Source: Raillietiella orientalis
Taxonomy: Eukaryota
Reading direction: 5' to 3'
DNA length: 64,000 bases
Assembly (NCBI GenBank): GCA_036172245.1
Contig: JAYWIR010000030.1
Coordinates: 1,302,001-1,366,000 of the forward strand
Below, piece after piece: positions 63,170 through 64,000 of the stretch; position 1 is the stretch's first letter, and every line of letters begins with the position of its first letter. Under the pieces are notes generated by a model. It was given only the letters and a program-made list of their open reading frames with translations, did not search any database and was not told the DNA's origin. Made by a program: the position numbers and the translations under genes.

Positions 63170-63980
63170 TCTCAGACTCATCCACATCGGAAAAAGACTG
63201 ACGGAGGTGTGTGGAACGAAGATATTGGACTATCCAAGGAGTGAAGGGAATAGACGACAGCTCGCTTCAGAAGCAATCAACGAAACTGCTGAGGATGACA
63301 CGAGCTTCCAAATGAGGTCAGCTTGAAGGAAGTCAGAAAGGCATTCAGAAAGCTTGGATTTTCCCTGACTCGCTCTTCGGCAAAGGAAATTCATTTTTGC
63401 GGCATTAGCTATAGGACAATGAGGAGATCTGTGAGCTCAGCAGGATGGTAAAGAAGGGATAGACTTCCAGAATGGCCAACAAAACCACATCCCTACGAAA
63501 GTTTCTTTAGTCTCACTCAATGTCAGCATCTTTCAGTGCAGCGGATCTATCCTTTCTGAGAAGGAGACCTAAGAGTCCAAGATACTAAAGACTTTGCTTT
63601 CGTTTTTTTTTATTTAAGTGAAGTGGCACTGACCTCATGGCATTCGAGGTTTTCTTTCCCTTGCATTCCATTTCACAACCCTGAGGAATCGTATACCAGG
63701 AGAGAAGGCGAGGACAACTCCTGCTCACGATCTGCTGATGAGTATTTTTTTCGCCTTTCTTTCACCCAAATCGAAAGGAAGTCGAAACAAAACAGTCTTC
63801 TCTCGGTCTCGCAATCAAAACCAACTCAGCATCCGGGATCGGAACAGGAGCATTGTCCTTCTAAGGAACAGGGCTCTCCCATGAACTTTGCTCACTCCTC
63901 CCGAAGCCAGGCGAACCTTGAAATTATCCAGAAGGTCGTCAGATGTGCTGATCCCTGTTTTGACAGCAGCTTTCTCCTGG
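63170..63980 (-). pseudogene. Protein-like relic, possibly the C-terminal half of a bunya-like L
   Basis: DDLLDNFKVRLASGGVSK and later TPWIVQYLRSTHLRQSF loosely resemble the KVHSPGV and FAWL..TLRDGPF segments. Heavily decayed. Confidence 0.18.
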
Positions 63981-64000
63981 AATCAAATTCTCATTCACGA

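Overview
Eukaryotic, gene-poor window. The element content suggests an invertebrate, possibly an arthropod (inference only). I found no intact protein-coding gene, rRNA, intact tRNA or CRISPR array, and almost all listed ORFs are chance frames or pieces of decayed elements. The sequence supports three layers. (1) About a dozen 3' fragments of Tx1/L1-clade non-LTR retrotransposons, sharing an ORF2 C-terminal motif LKWQ..LH..LP.N.R.HHWTRG..CxxC.E.E..HLL..C. Four of them sit at the same nucleotide of a tRNA-headed SINE-like host repeat, about 100 bp downstream of its B box. They have target-site duplications and variable 5' truncation, and an empty-site copy of the host is also present. Their 3' ends carry a conserved terminal motif and a stem-loop with compensatory changes. 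(2) Two near-identical relics of a Utopia/NeSL-type restriction-like-endonuclease retrotransposon, one still abutting a U2-snRNA-like target. (3) Several decayed protein-like fragments, all on the minus strand, that by eye resemble RNA-virus replicases (bunya-like L, virga-like methyltransferase, mononega-like L). Together these suggest a piRNA-cluster-like archive of transposon and endogenous viral sequence. All viral assignments are manual comparisons with remembered reference sequences and need a database search. Most element boundaries are approximate.
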